Assembly (NCBI RefSeq): GCF_037042905.1
Contig: NC_087247.1
Location: 32,550,001-32,614,000, forward strand
DNA: 64,000 nt
Direction: 5' to 3'
Source: Lytechinus pictus
Taxonomy: Eukaryota
The first letter of the stretch is position 1. Each line of letters starts with the position of its first letter. Position numbers and translations under genes: made by a program. Positions 60,891 through 64,000 of this stretch are shown piece after piece. The notes beneath the pieces are model-generated. The model searched no databases, had not been told where the DNA came from, and worked only from the letters and a program-made list of their open reading frames with translations.

Positions 60891-63800
60891 TTCTATCTTC
60901 GATCTCATATGACCAATGCACAAAGTTCAGACAATGCAAACAATGACAATTATGATAAGAGCTAAGTAGTCTCACTGGATATAAAATCCTTAATTGGATT
61001 CAATTTAAAAAAAATTAATATCTGGCTTTCGGGTGTGGTCATTCTTCAATTTTCTTGCACATAATGGTGAGAATTCCCCCCCCCCAAAAAAAAAAACATA
61101 CTCTAATGATCAACAACAAGACACGGCTTTTGTTGATAATCACACTTCATAATGAAGAAGAAGAAAATGACAATGCTGGGCTGGCTGAAATGCACTTTCG
61201 TACCATCACCTTTTGAAGAATAAGGGCGAAACTGATAATGATGGCTCCTAGCACACATTTTAATATCACCAATTGAATTAGGGTTGGTGGAAAATCAATA
61301 TAAGGATTTACACTCTCTTGGTGACAGATGTACTGTTCAAGTTCTCCCTCCTATGATGGGAAGTATATGACATGTTCACAATTCAACCATACTCCGCATC
61401 AAGACACACCCTCTCAATATCCCGCTGCCATCGTTCTAAGATGCTCTAGCCACGTTCTATCGATCGCTCTCTCCAGGAAAATATGTTGTGTAAACACAGA
61501 AATCCAATGCAATGCTACTTGAATCATTAACACAGATGATCAACGTCCTGCGTACATTTTTCTTTGCGATTCAGGAGGATCATCATGATGTCAAGTATTG
61601 CTTCAATCGCATTGAAGAAATCAAAAGGGGTGGGGAAGGGGTGAGTTTGGTAATAAAAGGAGAGTCTTAGAGTAAGTGGAGAAATTTCAAACTTTTTAAG
61701 AGACCTCATACACAGACACAAATAAAATATTTTTTAAATCCAAAACCAATGTTTTTATCTCTGACTTTTGACCATTGCTTCGAAGATTTAGCTTAAATAT
61801 GCAAAAGAGATACATGTATAAATATGGTTTAATTACATTCTGGAAGTTTGTGTTTCAACCACATATTTCAATTAATGAAAACTTGCACCAATCCCACTTA
61901 TAACTTTCTAACCAAATTTTGAAATGATTGCAATGATTTCGAGCTGAACTATTAAACAAAAACAAAAAAAAGGAAATAGAGGACGTTAACATTTACATCT
62001 AACAGACATTTCGGTAGCCTATATTTCTAGTTAAGATAGATTGAATGACATGTGATATTCAGTTGACATTTAATTATGCACTTTGTGCTTTAAATCTAAA
62101 TGTCATGAGAAGTTAAGAAAACATTGGCCTATATAAAGGCAGCAGCAATCAGTCTCCTACTGTGACGAAACCAGCGTGACTATATTCTGCTCTCTCCCGT
62201 CCAATCTCCGAGCTCAAATCCAAGGAATCAAAACACTCCGCTGGTAAGCTGAGTCTATTTACATCATGCCTTTTCAGAATGTGACGACAAAGTACGCATG
62301 GGGAAGTCAGCAGCTCAGAAGGTCAGCATGAATAGCGACGGCTTCAGCACACCTCACGCTCACACAAAAAAAAACAGTTTTCCTGAACGGTTTCCTTCAC
62401 AGTGGCTATGAAACCCCAAAACATCCATTTGACGTAAAATCACAGTAAATGACGTGATATATCTTGGCTCAAAAGGACATGTGCTTTGTTTGATGAAAAG
62501 AGATATATATGGAAATGGTACATCCTGATAAAGTGATAGAGTATATAAACAAGTTAACTACAGAGTAAAAATAAAAAATAGCATCCAAAGAAAAGTTGTC
62601 CTAATGTCAGAAGGTGACACCATTTAATACATTGTGATTGCATATTGAGTGAAGAAAACTCTGCAAGTAACAAAGTATATTTTTAGACCTTGCTTGGCTT
62701 TTAATAGGAAAATCTAATGTTTTAACTATAAAAGCTTCCGTCTATGAACTGGAAATTATAAAACAGGTTTCCACCTCCCAAACATGCTATTCTACAAACA
62801 CACACACATACACCCACACTTTCACATAGGGTTATCATAAATCCCCCCATAATCAGATTTACTCCAATTCATTGGTTGTTCTTCCTTGTTTTGTTTAGTT
62901 TTAATAGATTTTCATATTGCTGATTTTTATACGCTGATTTTTATCATTTTTTCATCAACTATTGTTTGTATTTATCATGCTTTTATATTGTTGAATTGAA
63001 TATGGGAAAAAACAATGTCAACACAGATTCTCAGTACTACTAACTTTATTAGCTTGTACTCCTTGCAGAGGTTCTGTGCCCTACTATAGAATTAGATATT
63101 CCTAAAACAAATATCGTTTTCAAAATTATTTAGAAGATATATAGGAGTAATAATCTAACAATATCTCTTTATTACAGGTCTGCCTCTCACAACAGAGAGT
63201 ATGAATTGACTTGCTTTCATTATAATCGATTGATATCAATTACAATTGCAATTGGTGCTCACAACCGATTGCACACGAGATCCTTGTAACATCCTTGAAG
63301 ACTGACAAATTTAAGGTTTGTGAAAAGGGGTCTACAGAGCGTATAGTACCCTGGCTTGAGGCAAGCCATCCTGCCTGAATGATTAGACCTATCCACATGG
63401 AAAAGGTTATTATACATCCCAATTCTTTCATTAGAGACTGGAAGGTGCACAGAGGGGCAGGAGGAGGGGTGAAATAGTGATTTCCTTCGGAGTTGACCAA
63501 CTAATCAACTATGGGAAAATACACTTTTCATTTCGAAATATCATTAGACCAATTATCAAACAGCTGTGATGTTTACAATGGGAAAACATATGGGACCTAT
63601 ATATACACACATGTAATATGTGAGAAAAAAAAATTCATTAACAAAAACTTTCAGGCTGTAACATGCCTTCTTTAGGTAAAAAGGCCACAATCTTGTTGTT
63701 ATGAAATCAGCTACATCTTAAACATCCTTCTGCAGAAAGTGCTCCATAGTCCTTAAACTCATATATCAAACAGACCTTATTTTAAATATGCAAGAAATTA

Positions 63801-64000
63801 AATTTCACTGACTGCTTCTTTCAAGCCATGGCGTATTGGATGGTGACCATCATAGAATCATAGAGTGTCATTCAGATGACAATGATAGTAACATGTTGGT
63901 GAATACAGTAATTCCTTGATGAATGTCCATCCATCTCTTTGTAGGTCCATGACATATAAATATAAAACATCACTATCATAACAATATGCTGGTGATCGGA

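Noticed and set aside
60440-60946. 148-151 aa poly-D and poly-I ORFs
   Set aside because: Translation of an (ATC)n microsatellite.

Overview
AT-rich, intron-rich animal genomic DNA. The repeat landscape suggests an invertebrate deuterostome such as a sea urchin (inference only). Three spliced protein-coding genes can be rebuilt by hand. (1) PFDN5, prefoldin subunit 5, on the minus strand: 6 coding exons, 7313-15152, 156 aa, with one U12-type intron. (2) A head-to-head single-RRM gene on the plus strand, resembling fungal Nop6: 5 exons, 15330-18700, about 207-211 aa, with only 177 bp between the two ATGs. (3) A large R3H+SUZ RNA-binding protein gene of the R3HDM1/2-ARPP21-encore family on the minus strand: at least 13 coding exons, 32302-55636, about 1300 aa, plus an upstream non-coding exon and a probable very long 3'UTR. 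The rest is introns and intergenic DNA full of non-autonomous DNA transposons (Helentron/DINE-like, Kolobok-like, hAT-like, Harbinger-like and EnSpm-like MITEs), tRNA-derived SINEs, a CR1 fragment and microsatellites. Most ORFs in the supplied track are spurious. The most unusual structure is a polarised 178-bp tandem array (47480-49856) built from the 3' part of the R3H exon plus its splice donor. It places a series of intact GT donors downstream of the real one, and the nearest copy differs from the exon only at synonymous sites.
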